This document shows, in pieces, positions 1 to 10,472 of a DNA stretch of 64,000 bases. Both the position numbers and the translations under genes were made by a program. Each line of letters opens with the position of its first letter. Within the stretch, counting starts at the first letter, position 1. The stretch lies in NCBI GenBank assembly GCA_963804995.1, contig CAWDSK010000005.1:544001-608000 (forward strand), written 5' to 3'. Source of the DNA: an uncultured Acidobacteriota bacterium (GTDB lineage Bacteria > Acidobacteriota > Terriglobia > UBA7540). A model generated the notes under the pieces. The model was given only the letters and a program-made list of their open reading frames with translations, ran no database searches and was not told the DNA's origin.

Positions 1-102
1 GCGTTCCACGAGAACAGGATTGGCCGCAGCCAGGGCTAACGATGGAACCAAACAAAGCCCCATCGCCAGAAGCAGAGTGATCGTGCGTTGGTAAGACCTC
101 AT
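1..102 (-). CDS. 5' end of a secreted protein running off the window edge
   Basis: Manual translation MRSYQRTITLLLAMGLCLVPSLALAAANPVLVER looks like a Sec signal peptide; GAGGAGG RBS just upstream of the ATG at 102. Confidence 0.7.
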   Translation of the reverse strand, partial: MRSYQRTITLLLAMGLCLVPSLALAAANPVLVER

Positions 103-575
103 GATTTCCTCCTCAAGGTATTGGGCGGGACCTTTCCGTGAAGCCTCCGCCGGTTGGTGATGGACAGGGACCCAGGGCAAGGGCAGAGCCCTGAGCTAGA
201 CTGCGACGCAACCTTGACGCCTTCCGGGGTGCGCCCAGTGATTTCTCAAGCACAACCCCTATATCGGCGGGTGTTCTGCTTCTCGTGACACTAAATTTTT
301 GGGGAGAGGGGATGCCGATTAAGTAGGCTATCTATATAGCTAATTGATGGGTAGGGCCGGGAGGGTGTCGCTCATCGGTTGTGAGCTAAAAATGCAGAAG
401 GGAGGCAGCGGCCTGGGGCGCGAGGGGCGTATTTGCAAAGTTGGCGGGACTTCGGGGGCTGCACTTTATCGAACGCGCCAGTGATTTCTGAAGCTCCAGC
501 ACCCCCTTACGATGCCCTGTGACGAGACGGGTGGCGACAGGCTGACCTAAAAGCAGGGATCGCGCAGGGTGGAAA

Positions 576-1457
576 TCAATGCACATGGTTAGAGCGCTTT
601 CTCAGCATCTCATTAAAGTTGTCGAAAAAGATCTGGTGGCGTTCTTCCTCGGTAAGCTTTGCCGCCAGGATTTTTCCCACCCCGGTTTCGAAATTCTCAT
701 CGGTGGCAAAGAGCAGGCGATGGACTCCGAGGCACTCGACGGCGAAGTCGATCATGCCTTCGTCGGTCACGCTGCCGCTGGTGTCGGCAAAAACCGTGGG
801 CGCGTCGCGCAGCGCTTTGCAAAAGTACTCCCAATCGCCGCCCCCGCCGATGTGGGCAAAGATCAGCATGGCCTCCGGGTAGCGGCGGCCTGCCTCCACA
901 AAGTCTTCGGGCGCCGAGGCGCCGGGCAGGTCAGGGTCACGGTAGTCCTTGCGATACTCCCCTTCGTGGCTCAGCAAGGGCGCTTTCAGCTCGATGCACT
1001 TTTCGATTATGGGGAAGAACTGTGGATCATTAATGCGCACCTGGGTATACAGCTCGCCCAAGCCAATCATGCCGGCGTCAAGGCAACGCTCCATTTCCTC
1101 GAGCGCTTCGCGTCGATAGTGCGGATTGATAAAGCACTGGCCCATAAAGCGGCCAGGAAAATCCTGCATCGCTTTCAGCACCAGATCGTTCGCCGCGCGA
1201 CAGGCCTGGGGCGTCGCTTCGTTGGGCTTCGTGATGGGAATCGATATCGCAACTTTCTCGATTTCCAGCCGGTCCGCTGCGTCGACCAGCCGGCGAGGAT
1301 CCTCGAAGTTGTGGTTGTGGCAATCCAGTTTGCGGTAGCGGTGGATCGCCGCGGGCACGTCGTAGATGCGCTCCGGTTGGGGCGCAGATTTCCAGCCGGC
1401 GAGGACAGGTGCCACACCGGCAGTTGCCAAAAAGCTACGGCGGTCAATCTTGGACAT
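576..1457 (-). CDS. Tat-exported amidohydrolase-family (TIM-barrel metallohydrolase) protein
   Basis: IDRRSFL Tat motif; DCHNH, GLGE, FAHIGGG, DTSGS and LLFATD motifs of the Amidohydro_2 type. Confidence 0.85.
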   Translation of the reverse strand: MSKIDRRSFLATAGVAPVLAGWKSAPQPERIYDVPAAIHRYRKLDCHNHNFEDPRRLVDAADRLEIEKVAISIPITKPNEATPQACRAANDLVLKAMQDFPGRFMGQCFINPHYRREALEEMERCLDAGMIGLGELYTQVRINDPQFFPIIEKCIELKAPLLSHEGEYRKDYRDPDLPGASAPEDFVEAGRRYPEAMLIFAHIGGGGDWEYFCKALRDAPTVFADTSGSVTDEGMIDFAVECLGVHRLLFATDENFETGVGKILAAKLTEEERHQIFFDNFNEMLRKRSNHVH

Positions 1458-1601
1458 AGGGTGTTCTCACCTTATAAGAAGTTTCTGCTGGGATTGCGCA
1501 TCCCGGCCCTGCGGAACAAGCTCAAGTTGCTAGTCACGGTCTACGCGGGTAGCATTCAGCAATCGGCTACCAGCGGCCCCTTAGTACTGGACACGTTGAA
1601 A

Positions 1602-1872
1602 CTAACTCCCTTTCTTTTCATCAACATAATGGGTTAGCGACACTAACTAGCTTATTTTTCATAAACATCATGGGTTAGCGCGAAACTGACATTTTTTCTA
1701 CATGTGTTTTCAACAACATAATGGGTACATCCTTCATTTTTAATTCCCCCTTTTTTTGCTGCACCCACTCCTCGGATCGAACTAAGTTATTTAATTTCAA
1801 ATACATAGGTGTTAGGACATTTTTGCCATTCTACCGCTAAGTACTTTTGTTTTCTGATACATCATGGGTTAG
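1602..1872. repeat. Cluster of five degenerate 34-36 bp AT-rich direct repeats, consensus approx. CTAAnT..TTTTCAnnAACATnATGGGTTAG
   Basis: Copies at 1602-1637, 1643-1678, ~1694-1729, 1782-1815 and 1837-1872, aligned by eye. Confidence 0.8.
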
Positions 1873-2403
1873 ATTGTCCTCTCTGCTCGCTTCTACGGGT
1901 TCCATTTTGTGATCTCGCCGTTTAATCTTCAGCAGCAGATTGGTGAGTCGGTGGACTTCCGGCATTTTGCATTGGGCGCATATGCCACCCATGAGCGGCG
2001 CCGGGCGTGACTTCTGCGGCGTGTTTCGGGTGCTCCTGGTGTGCTCGACTTCACCACGATAGAATCCTCCATTTAGTAGCCTAGCAGGGACCGGCCCATT
2101 GTCAAGAAAGATATATACAATGGGCTACCGGTAGCCCAAAAGGGGGAAAATCTTTTGGCAGGGCGCCTAATTGCCCGAAATTGTTCCTGCGCTTCCTCAG
2201 GTTTCAGCTCCGGAAAAAAAGGGAGCCAACCTCGCCAGGTTGAAGGGGACCCGGGTTCTTTGGGCCTCATAGGCGGGGACGCGGCAGGAAACTCTATTTC
2301 TACATGCGAACCGGTTAATTCAGTTTTGCGTCAGCGCGGTGCGGTCTGCTACGGCCCCCTGGCCCACCGGGTCTTTAGCCGAAGGCTGACAACCTCCGCG
2401 GCA

Positions 2404-2466
2404 GTAGCACAGGCACTCCTGCCTGTAGCACCACTAGCCACTAACCACTGTCCACTAACCACTGCC
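2404..2466. repeat. Single GTAG-type REP half followed by CCACTAA/CCACTGT heptamer repeats
   Basis: GTAGCACAGGCACTCCTGCCTGT matches the REP at 59637 and 62925; the heptamer run lies just 3' of the permease stop. Confidence 0.7.
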
Positions 2467-5183
2467 CTACTCATACCTCAGCGCGACCATGGGATCGACC
2501 TTCATCGCCCGGCGCGCGGGGATGTAGCAGGCGAGCAGCGCTACGACCGTGAGGAGGAGCGAGACGGCGATAAACGTCAGCGGGTCGCTCGGCTTGACGT
2601 CGTAAAGCAGGCTTGTCAAAAGGCGCGTGAGCCCGAGCGCGCCGACGACACCGATGGCGACCCCCATCAGCGTCAGCCTGAATCCGTGCCCCACAACCAT
2701 TCTGAGAATGTCACCCGTCTGCGCCCCGAGCGCCATGCGGACGCCGATTTCGTGCGTCCTTCGTGCCACGTTATAGGCCATGATTCCATAAAGTCCAACG
2801 CAAGCGATGGCAAGACTCAGAATCCCAAAGAAGCCGGTGAGACATGAAATGACGCGCTGTTGTCCCATCGAACCGCTCACCTGCGCGGCGAGCGTCGTAA
2901 CATCGGTTATGGGCAGGTTCGAATCGATATCGTGGATCGCCTGCCGCACTTCTCCCGTGACGCTGGTGGGATTGCCCGCCGTGCGGACTTCGATTTCGTT
3001 GACGGACGTCATGACGGATTGCAATTGAAAGGCGGCGAGAAAGACCATCGGCCCTGCGGGTTCGCGTGCGACTCGATGAACCTTGCGTCTCCGGCCACAC
3101 CCACAATTTCGATTCCCGGCGCTTCGAATTTCGTCCCCGGGCTGAACCGTCTTCCGATGGGTTTGCCGTTAGGGATGAATTTGCGCACAAAGGCCTGGTT
3201 CACCACCGCCACGGGAGATGCGGCTGCGGTGTCCTGCGCGGAGATGGGACGGCCCGCAACGATGTGCATCCCTTCCGTCTCAAAGTATCCCGGCCCCACC
3301 GCGACCACTTGCGGACCGCCTCCGCCTGAGGGCGGCGGCTGGCCCTCCACCGAAACTTGGAACCCGCCCCAACTGCCGCTCATCGGGCTGGTCGTCCCGA
3401 TGCTGGCGGAGCGGACCCCGGGCAGGGCGCCGACTCGATCCAGCAGAGCATGGTAGAGGCTGACCAATTCGTTTGGCTTGTATCCGGCTAGTTCCGGGTC
3501 AATGTTCATCAGCAGAACGTGCTCCGGCATGAATCCAAGGTTCTGATTTTCGACATCGACCAAGCTGTGTACCAGCAGCCCTGCCGCGACCATCAGCACC
3601 AATGAGGCGGCGATCTCGAACACCACGAGGCTCTTGCCCAGCCCCAGTCGAGTCCGCTCCCCGACGCCCGAGAATGGCCCTTCTTTGAGTGCCGGAACCA
3701 GGTTCACGCGTGCCGAGCGAATTGCCGGGGTAAGGCCGGAAAGTAACACGGCGAAGAGCGAAACGCCCGCCGTAAAGGCGAGCACGGCCAGGTCCGGCCT
3801 GACGTTCAACGGAACTCTTGCTGCGACCATGGCCGCCAAAACACGGACCACCCCAAAAGCCAGAATCGCGCCCGCCACGCCACCCGCAATCGCCAGCAGC
3901 ACGCTTTCCGTGAGGACTTGCCGCATTAGCCGCCCGCGCGTTCCGCCGAGTGCCACGCGCGTCGCCATCTCTTTCTGCCGTGCCGTCACGCGCGCCAACA
4001 TCAGGTTGGCGACGTTCGCGCAGGCAATCAACAGCACCAAACCCACAATCGCTAGAAGAATGCGCAGGGGTTCGGAATATTCATGCCGCAACTGGGAAAG
4101 CCCACGTCCGCCGGGGGCGAGCGGCACGTAAGCGTGCTGGATTTGCTGCCGCTCATCCTCTGTAATCTTCAACCCTAAGCGCCCGGTTAGATGTTGGCGC
4201 AACTCGCCGTCGATCTCCGCCCGCGCCGCTTCCAGGCTTACGCCAGGCTTGAGGCGGCCCATCATGTTCAGCCAGTAGATGCTGGGATCGCTCAGCAAAG
4301 ACTTCGCCTGCGGCATCACCGTTAGAGGGAGGCGTGGCCGAAGGTTGAGCGGCATCCAGAAATCGGCTGAATCCGCCTCCATCCTGACTCCAAAGAATCC
4401 TCGCGGCGCAACGCCCACAACGTTCATTGGCACGCCGTCAATGTTCATTGAACGGCCCACAACGGCGGGATCACCACCCAGCCTGTCCTGCCAGAAGTTG
4501 AAACTGACCACTGCAACCGGCGGGGCGGCGGGCTGGTCGTCAGCCGGCATCAGCGTCCGACCCATTGCAGTTCCCACGCCCAGCACGGAGAAGAAGTTTC
4601 CGGAAACAAGTTTCCCGTGTGCCACTTCGGCAGCGCCCCCCCGACCCTCCGTCCGAACCGTCAGCATATCCACGGGCGTTTGAAATGCGCAGATTCCCTG
4701 AAAAAGCCCGCTGTGGTCGCGCACATCGAGATAAAACGGATAAGAGAAGAGAGTTTGCTCGCCCGAAGGAACGTCAGGGCTCATGGACAATCCATCATTG
4801 GGAGTATCCGCGAACAGGACCAGCCCGCCGGGATCTGCGAGGGGCAGGTTCCGGAACATAACGGCGTTCGCCAGGCTGAAGATAGCCGTGTTCACGCCAA
4901 TCCCGAGCGCCAGCGTCACTACCGCCACGGCCGTGAAGCCTGGATTCTTGGCCAGCATCCGAACTGCTTGGCGGAGGTCTTGCCATAGTTGCTCAAGCCA
5001 AACGAAGCTCCACACCTCCCACGTTTCTTCCTTGACCCGCGTCACGTTGCCGAACTTGCGCAAGGCTGCGTACCGCGCTTCCTCCGGCGGCAGGCCGCGC
5101 TCGATGTTGTCCTGAGTCTCCCGCTCGATGTAGTCGCGGATATCCTGGTCGAGGTCCTCCATCATGCGCTTGCGGCGGCTCAT
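2467..5183 (-). CDS. ADOP-type duplicated ABC permease (MacB_PCD/FtsX x2), frameshifted near 3070
   Basis: [14 protein letters not shown]-terminus, [28 protein letters not shown], and C-terminal [14 protein letters not shown]...[10 protein letters not shown] in a second frame; ATG at 5183 overlaps the PadR stop (ATGA). Confidence 0.9.
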
Positions 5184-5542
5184 GATTTGCACCCCGGTTC
5201 GGCGGGCATGAGAATCCGCGCGATGGCTCCCGCCAGTTTTTGCCACTTGCCGGTCTCAACCGCCAATTGACGCCGTCCCCTGGCCGTCAGCCGGTAGAAC
5301 TTGGCGCGGCGATTGTTCTCCGACGTGCCTTCCTGGACGGAAACCCAGCCCCTCTTGATGAGCCGGTGCAGCGCGGGGTAGAGCGAGCCCTGCTCGACCT
5401 GCAGCACGTCGTCGGATCTGAATTCGATGGCCTTGGCAATGGCGTGGCCGTGCGCGGGACCCATCCGCAGAGTGCGGAGAATCAGCAGGTCCAACGTCCC
5501 CTGCAGCAGTTCGATGCGTTCGCGTTCTTCTTTAGTAGACAT
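5180..5542 (-). CDS. PadR-family transcriptional regulator (acidobacterial type)
   Basis: [27 protein letters not shown] and [12 protein letters not shown] motifs; translationally coupled to the permease. Confidence 0.93.
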   Translation of the reverse strand: MSTKEERERIELLQGTLDLLILRTLRMGPAHGHAIAKAIEFRSDDVLQVEQGSLYPALHRLIKRGWVSVQEGTSENNRRAKFYRLTARGRRQLAVETGKWQKLAGAIARILMPAEPGCKS

Positions 5543-5579
5543 TCTAGGTGAAAGTACCGCCCTTCAAGTAGAATGTCAA
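5538..5579 (-). promoter_or_regulatory. sigma70 promoter with inverted-repeat operator of the padR-permease operon
   Basis: Minus strand TTGACA(5579-5574)-17 nt-TACTTT(5556-5551); inverted repeat GACATTCTA (5538-5546) / TAGAATGTC (5569-5577). Confidence 0.7.
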
Positions 5580-5727
5580 GGTGGAAGTCACTGGCGAATT
5601 CGCGATTACGCCGGTGAGGTGCCCTAAACCCTCGGAAGCGGCTGTACCTCTTTAAGCCTCTGCGCTCGCTCAGGCCTGTCAGGGCCGCCAGCACGTGGCC
5701 CACGGCGGCGATGAGTGTGGCTACTCA

Positions 5728-8319
5728 CTATTTCTCCAGATAGGCGGACAGGTTCTTCTGCTGGAGCTCTCGCACCTGGATACACGCGTTGACCTTGTCT
5801 TTCTCGTTTTTCAGGATGCGTTCGGTCCCGGGCAGTTTCTGGTCTGCAAAAAACTTCTGGGAATCATCCCGCAGCTTCGCGTCGCAGAATAATCCTGTGA
5901 TCTCCGCGAATACCACCCGACTGGGGGCGTCAAGTTTCTTCAAGATCGACGGGAAATTGCTTTTGAACAGCTCCCAGGCCACGGGCTGCGTTTGGTAATT
6001 TGCCAGCAGAAAGTGCAGCACATACATATCCTGGTTCTTCACTTCGTCGCTCAGCACTAGCGCGAACGTACGACGGGTCAATTCCGTTTCCGGAAAGTCA
6101 CCCAGGGCGACCAGGTACGCATAGTATTCTTCCGGAGTTTTTGCGGTCTTCAAGTGCTGGACGTACTGGTCATATAACAACGTGTCCCCATTCCGGGCGG
6201 CCACCACCAGCGAACTCTCCGCCAGCGCCGTGTCCACCGATTCAGGCGCTTTCATGTATTGCTCAACCACGCCGCGCGCCTTCGCCACAAGTTGCGGATC
6301 GCGTCCCGGCCCGGCCAGCACCTCAAATAGATCGGAACGCAGGGCTTGCCGCTCGGCCGGTTCACCCGGCACCGGCGTCTCACCCAAGTCAGTCGCCAGG
6401 GGCTTCAAAAGGTCGCGCACCCATTTCTCAAACGCCGGCCGGTCTGCTTCTGCCACCAGCTTGTCGTGGATATCCTGGATGTTTCCGATCATCTCCTGCA
6501 CCACTTGCCGCGAGCGCTCTCCCTGCATCTTCCGGAGCAGATCCAGATAATCGCCAATGTTCATCCGTCCCACCTGGACCATAGCCCACGCATCGTCTGG
6601 GATGCGCACGCGCTCTTCGGGCGAAAACGTGCTTTCAACCGCAGAGCCCATCTTCTCGAATGCTGCCGGATCGTAGCTGCTGCGGTAGTACCCGCGCGAA
6701 CCGGCGTTGCCATAAACCCAGGCGGAGCAACCTGGCAATTCGAATGCCTCCTCTTTCTTTGTCAGGAGGTGGAAGGTCGGCTGCCGGGTCGCCGAGCGTA
6801 GCAAATTCACGGGAATGGGCCACAGCTCGTTGGAACCAGCAGCCAATTTCGCCGCATCAGAAAAGTAGCGTTCCTGCCGGAGCGTGACCTCGGTCTGATC
6901 GCCGCGGCACGCACTCGTGACCGTAACCAACGGCGCTCCCGGCTGCTCGGTAAAGCTCTGCATAATCTTGTCCACGGGCTTTCCGGAAGTCTCCGCGATC
7001 TGGCTCCAGAAATCTTCTGCCGTGGCATTCCCATACGCGTGTTTCGCAAGATAGGCATTCACACCGTCCTCGAAGACTTCCGCTCCCACATAGGCTTCGA
7101 CCATGCGCAGCACGGAGGCCGCCTTCCCGTACGCGATCCCGTCAAACAACGCCACAATATCGGCGGGCGTTTCCGCGTTCGCCCGGATCGTTCGCACCGT
7201 CGGCAACGAGTCATTCACCAGCGCGTGTAACGTCTGTCCGATCTCCTGTTGCCCCAAATTCCATTCCGGCTTCCAAACCTCCAACGGTTTCAGTTCCATC
7301 CAGGTGGCGAAGCCCTCATTCAGCCAGATATCGTTCCACCACTTCATGGTCACCAGGTCCCCAAACCACTGGTGCGCCATCTCGTGTGCGATCACGCCAG
7401 CCACCTCTTGCTTGGCGTCATACGATGCCGTCTTCTCGTCGATCAGGAGATACAGGTCGCGATAGGTAATCGCTCCAAGGTTCTCCATGGCGCCCGCCGC
7501 AAAGTCGGGGATCGCGATGAGGTCCAGTTTTTCGTAGGGATATTTGATCGCATAATACTTGTCGTAATATTTCAGAATGTTTTCGGCGGCTTCCAACGCG
7601 AAACCGGTCATCGCCTCCTTCTCCGGCAACGTACACACCCGGATGGGAATCCCGTCCGCACCGCCCTCGCGACAGGCAAAATCACCCACCAACATCGCCA
7701 CCAGGTAGCTGGACATCCTCGGTGACGGCGAGAACCTCAAGGTGTGCTTGCCCTCTCCCGGCCCCGGCGTATCGGAAATGATTTTGCTGTTGGAAATGGC
7801 CGTGTCTCCCTTGTCCACGATCAGCGTGATGCGAAACACCGCCTTGTAGGCGGGTTCGTCAAACGACGGAAACGCCCTCCGCGCATCGGTGGATTCAAAT
7901 TGGGTTGCGGCATATCTCCGCCGCGGGGATTTGCTCAGGTAGAAACCACGCAGCTTGTCGTTCAATACCCCCGTAAAATGGATATGGATCTCAGTGGGCC
8001 CGGCCGGCAGTTCCTTGCCGACGGTCAGCGTCGCCTGCTCCTTCGCCGCGTCCAGACTCACCGCTGCCTTCTGCGTTGCTCCGCCCGACGTGATGCCGGT
8101 TTCCTGGAGTTCCAACTCCGCCGCATTTAAGGTGACCGTTGCCGTCGGCTTCAACACCTTCACGCGAATGATTTCGTCCCCAGAGAATGTCGCCTTGACT
8201 AGATTGGGTTCAAGGGTCAGGTCGTAGCTCTCCGGCACAACCGTCACCGGTAGCCTCTGCCCCCAGGCGCTGGCTATGATTCCCAAACAAGACAGTGCAA
8301 ATATCAGTATTCGCCTCAT
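5728..8319 (-). CDS. Secreted M1-family aminopeptidase (aminopeptidase N-like, ERAP1-C domain)
   Basis: GAMEN, HEMAH-x18-E (WLNEG), ARRAFPSFDEP and AYGKA motifs; signal peptide. Confidence 0.95.
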   Translation of the reverse strand: MRRILIFALSCLGIIASAWGQRLPVTVVPESYDLTLEPNLVKATFSGDEIIRVKVLKPTATVTLNAAELELQETGITSGGATQKAAVSLDAAKEQATLTVGKELPAGPTEIHIHFTGVLNDKLRGFYLSKSPRRRYAATQFESTDARRAFPSFDEPAYKAVFRITLIVDKGDTAISNSKIISDTPGPGEGKHTLRFSPSPRMSSYLVAMLVGDFACREGGADGIPIRVCTLPEKEAMTGFALEAAENILKYYDKYYAIKYPYEKLDLIAIPDFAAGAMENLGAITYRDLYLLIDEKTASYDAKQEVAGVIAHEMAHQWFGDLVTMKWWNDIWLNEGFATWMELKPLEVWKPEWNLGQQEIGQTLHALVNDSLPTVRTIRANAETPADIVALFDGIAYGKAASVLRMVEAYVGAEVFEDGVNAYLAKHAYGNATAEDFWSQIAETSGKPVDKIMQSFTEQPGAPLVTVTSACRGDQTEVTLRQERYFSDAAKLAAGSNELWPIPVNLLRSATRQPTFHLLTKKEEAFELPGCSAWVYGNAGSRGYYRSSYDPAAFEKMGSAVESTFSPEERVRIPDDAWAMVQVGRMNIGDYLDLLRKMQGERSRQVVQEMIGNIQDIHDKLVAEADRPAFEKWVRDLLKPLATDLGETPVPGEPAERQALRSDLFEVLAGPGRDPQLVAKARGVVEQYMKAPESVDTALAESSLVVAARNGDTLLYDQYVQHLKTAKTPEEYYAYLVALGDFPETELTRRTFALVLSDEVKNQDMYVLHFLLANYQTQPVAWELFKSNFPSILKKLDAPSRVVFAEITGLFCDAKLRDDSQKFFADQKLPGTERILKNEKDKVNACIQVRELQQKNLSAYLEK

Positions 8320-8450
8320 CTGGTTCCCTCCTCTGGCGGTTCGTATCTTCGTGAGTTGTGTATTACGTCAATGGGCAGGGAGTATAGTCCAGTTTCATCG
8401 TCACAGCAATTCCGCACCAGATGGTGTGAGAGATGCACGATGCGGTCGTC

Positions 8451-8855
8451 CTAGTGCGGTGTCCCGGTTAATATTTGACAAGGCTTCCGACCCCCTCACC
8501 CCCCAGCCCCTCTCCCCCAAAGGGGCGAGGGGAGAGTTAACCTGAATCCGGCGTGATTAACCTCAAGGGCACTACGGAAATACTTGCTAGGAGCCTTGAA
8601 GATGGCTGTTTTGGCCAATGTTGCATAACTTCATTGAAAATGCGGTTCTGCAACAATGGGCGGTGGATCTCCAAAGCGCATTCTTGCACCGTGCACATCG
8701 GGCTCTGCCCGTTTTTCACGCAGGATTCAGGTTAATTCTCTTGCCCTCGCCCCTTTGGGGGAGAGGGTGGCTGGCCGAGGCGTTCTCATCAGCCGAGGCC
8801 AGACGGGTGAGGGGGTTCTACCCATTGTCAACTCTAGCACGGGACACCACACTAG
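8451..8855. mobile_element. CTAG-bounded MITE (~210 bp core), copy 1, interrupted by a nested insertion
   Basis: Ends CTAGTGCGGTGTCCCG...CGGGACACCACACTAG; near-identical to 18105-18315 and 20514-20725 apart from the insert. Confidence 0.85.
8541..8731. mobile_element. Nested 191-bp MITE with TTAA target duplication (IS1380-like ends, tentative)
   Basis: TIRs CCTGAATCCGGCGTGA / TCACGCAGGATTCAGG (15/16); TTAA at 8537-8540 and 8732-8735; the other two host copies have a single TTAA. Confidence 0.85.
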
Positions 8856-8888
8856 AAGCCGTAAAACACTTTCGCTTCGGCCCACAGG

Positions 8889-8940
8889 CGGGTGAGGGGG
8901 TTCTACCCCTTGTCAACTCTAACTTGGGACACCACACTAG
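8889..8940. repeat. Extra right-end fragment of the CTAG-bounded MITE
   Basis: CGGGTGAGGGGGTTCTACCC...GGGACACCACACTAG repeats the right end of 8451-8855. Confidence 0.75.
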
Positions 8941-9221
8941 TGATGCCGCAAGAGGGTTTCGGCTGGGGTCACGAAGGGTACTAAATCATTGTGATTGTGG
9001 TGGAGCATTACATGTGCCCGCAGACCCTCCGCCAATCCAAAATCGAAAATCCAAAATCGCTGTCCCGCCCCGCGGCCGAACGTTTGTCCGCCAAAAAGAT
9101 CGACGGACTTTCAGTCACCGCGACCCCAAAAAGCTTGCTGCGCAGACCCGGTTCTGGTTTACGATGCTGGTGTCTATATCATAGCGAGTGATAATATCCC
9201 GGGAGAGTATGGAGGGTTCTT

Positions 9222-10364
9222 ATGGCGTCTTTGAAGATTGGTTTTTATGGCCACGTTCGGCAATATCACAACCTGAAGAGTGAAATCGATGCGGCCATCC
9301 TGGAAGTTCTGGAAAGCGGCAGCTATGTGATGGGTCCCAAGCTTAAGCAGTTCGAAAAAGACCTGGCGGCGTACTGCAATACCAAGGAAGCCGTGGGCGT
9401 GAACTCCGGTACAGACGCGCTCTGGTTGGTGTTCATGGCGCTGGGAATCGGGCCCGGCGATGAAGTCATCACCACGTCGAACACGTTCTTTGCCACCGCT
9501 GAGGCCATCTGGGTTGCTGGAGCGACGGCGGTGTTCGTCGACTGCGATCCCAAGACTTGCAACATCGATGTGAACTTGATTGAGGCAGCCATCACACCCA
9601 AGACCAAGGCCATCGTACCAGTGCACCTCTACGGCCAGCCTGCTGAAATGCGGGCTGTGGCGGACATCGCCAGGAAGCACAAGCTTTTTGTGATCGAAGA
9701 CAACGCGCAGGCGCTGGGGGCGCGCGGCCCGGACTTCACGCTGGGCGAGCTTTCTGACGCCATGTGCAGCAGCTTCATCATTCAGAAGAATCTGGGCTGC
9801 TTTGGCGACGGCGGCGCGGTAGTCACCAACCGCACTGACATCGCTGAGGGGGTTCGCAAGCTGCGCAATCACGGGTCGGTCAAGCGCTCCGTGCACAGCA
9901 TGGGGTACAACAGCCGCCTGGACGATCTGCACTCGGCGGTGCTGAGCGTCAAGTTAAAGCAGCTCGACAAGTTGAACGACCTGCGCCGCGGCTTCGCGAA
10001 GCAGTACGACGAGGGGCTGAAGGGCACTTCGCTGAAACTGCCCACCGCGCTGCCCGGTTACCGCCACATCTATCACCTTTATATTGTCGAAACCCCAAGC
10101 CGCGACAACCTTCAGGAATACCTGAAGCAACGCGATATCACGGCGCTCACCCATTACCCCATCGCCATTCACCAGCAGGAAGGATTCCCCTGGGGCAAGG
10201 AGGCGCGCCTGGTGGGCTCGCTGAAGAATGCGGAAAACTCAGCGGCGCATGTGCTCTCACTGCCCATGTACCCGGAATTGACCGGCGAAGAAGTGCAGGC
10301 GGTCATCGACGCCATCGTCGCCTGGGATAAGGCGCAGGGCGGGGAATTGAAGGCTGCGAGCTAA
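9222..10364 (+). CDS. DegT/DnrJ/EryC1/StrS-family PLP aminotransferase
   Basis: NSGTDAL, PVHLYGQ, IEDNAQA, KNLGCFGDGG, GYNSRLD and LSLPMYP motifs. Confidence 0.95.
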   Translation: MASLKIGFYGHVRQYHNLKSEIDAAILEVLESGSYVMGPKLKQFEKDLAAYCNTKEAVGVNSGTDALWLVFMALGIGPGDEVITTSNTFFATAEAIWVAGATAVFVDCDPKTCNIDVNLIEAAITPKTKAIVPVHLYGQPAEMRAVADIARKHKLFVIEDNAQALGARGPDFTLGELSDAMCSSFIIQKNLGCFGDGGAVVTNRTDIAEGVRKLRNHGSVKRSVHSMGYNSRLDDLHSAVLSVKLKQLDKLNDLRRGFAKQYDEGLKGTSLKLPTALPGYRHIYHLYIVETPSRDNLQEYLKQRDITALTHYPIAIHQQEGFPWGKEARLVGSLKNAENSAAHVLSLPMYPELTGEEVQAVIDAIVAWDKAQGGELKAAS

Positions 10365-10380
10365 GTTAACCCATCTGGGA

Positions 10381-10457
10381 TTCACCGCAGAGGCGCTGAG
10401 ACGCAGAGAGTGAAACTCTTGCTTGTGCATTCTCTGCGCCTCCGCGCCTCTGCGGTG
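10381..10457. repeat. Intergenic palindrome of the CACCGCAGAG/CTCTGCGGTG class
   Basis: CACCGCAGAGGCG...CGCCTCTGCGGTG inverted pair; related to 41738-41873. Confidence 0.65.
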
Positions 10458-10472
10458 CGGAGGATCTTCGTT

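Noticed and set aside
120..560. Riboswitch upstream of the first gene; CCAGTGATTTCT occurs twice (~235, ~478)
   Set aside because: No riboswitch consensus recognised; two short copies are too little to call a site.
579..1637. Long antisense/overlapping ORFs (also 24787-25488, 53619-54722, 58706-59815, 61082-62080)
   Set aside because: Shadow frames of well-supported genes in GC-rich DNA, with no motifs.
1602..1872. CRISPR array, TIGR array or integron attC interpretation
   Set aside because: Repeats are degenerate with irregular 5-50 bp gaps; no cas, tas or intI gene is present; units are too short for attC.
9035..9059. AATCCAA/AATCGAA heptamer run (other heptamer runs at 2430, 29100, 49120 and 52360)
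   Set aside because: Short simple repeats with no evidence of an independent function.
8618..9184. ORFs with LPSPLWGRGWLAEAF or PLTPQPLSPKG (also at 18129, 20538, 34437, 43696, 44867, 49823)
   Set aside because: Translations of MITE/REP repeats, not genes.
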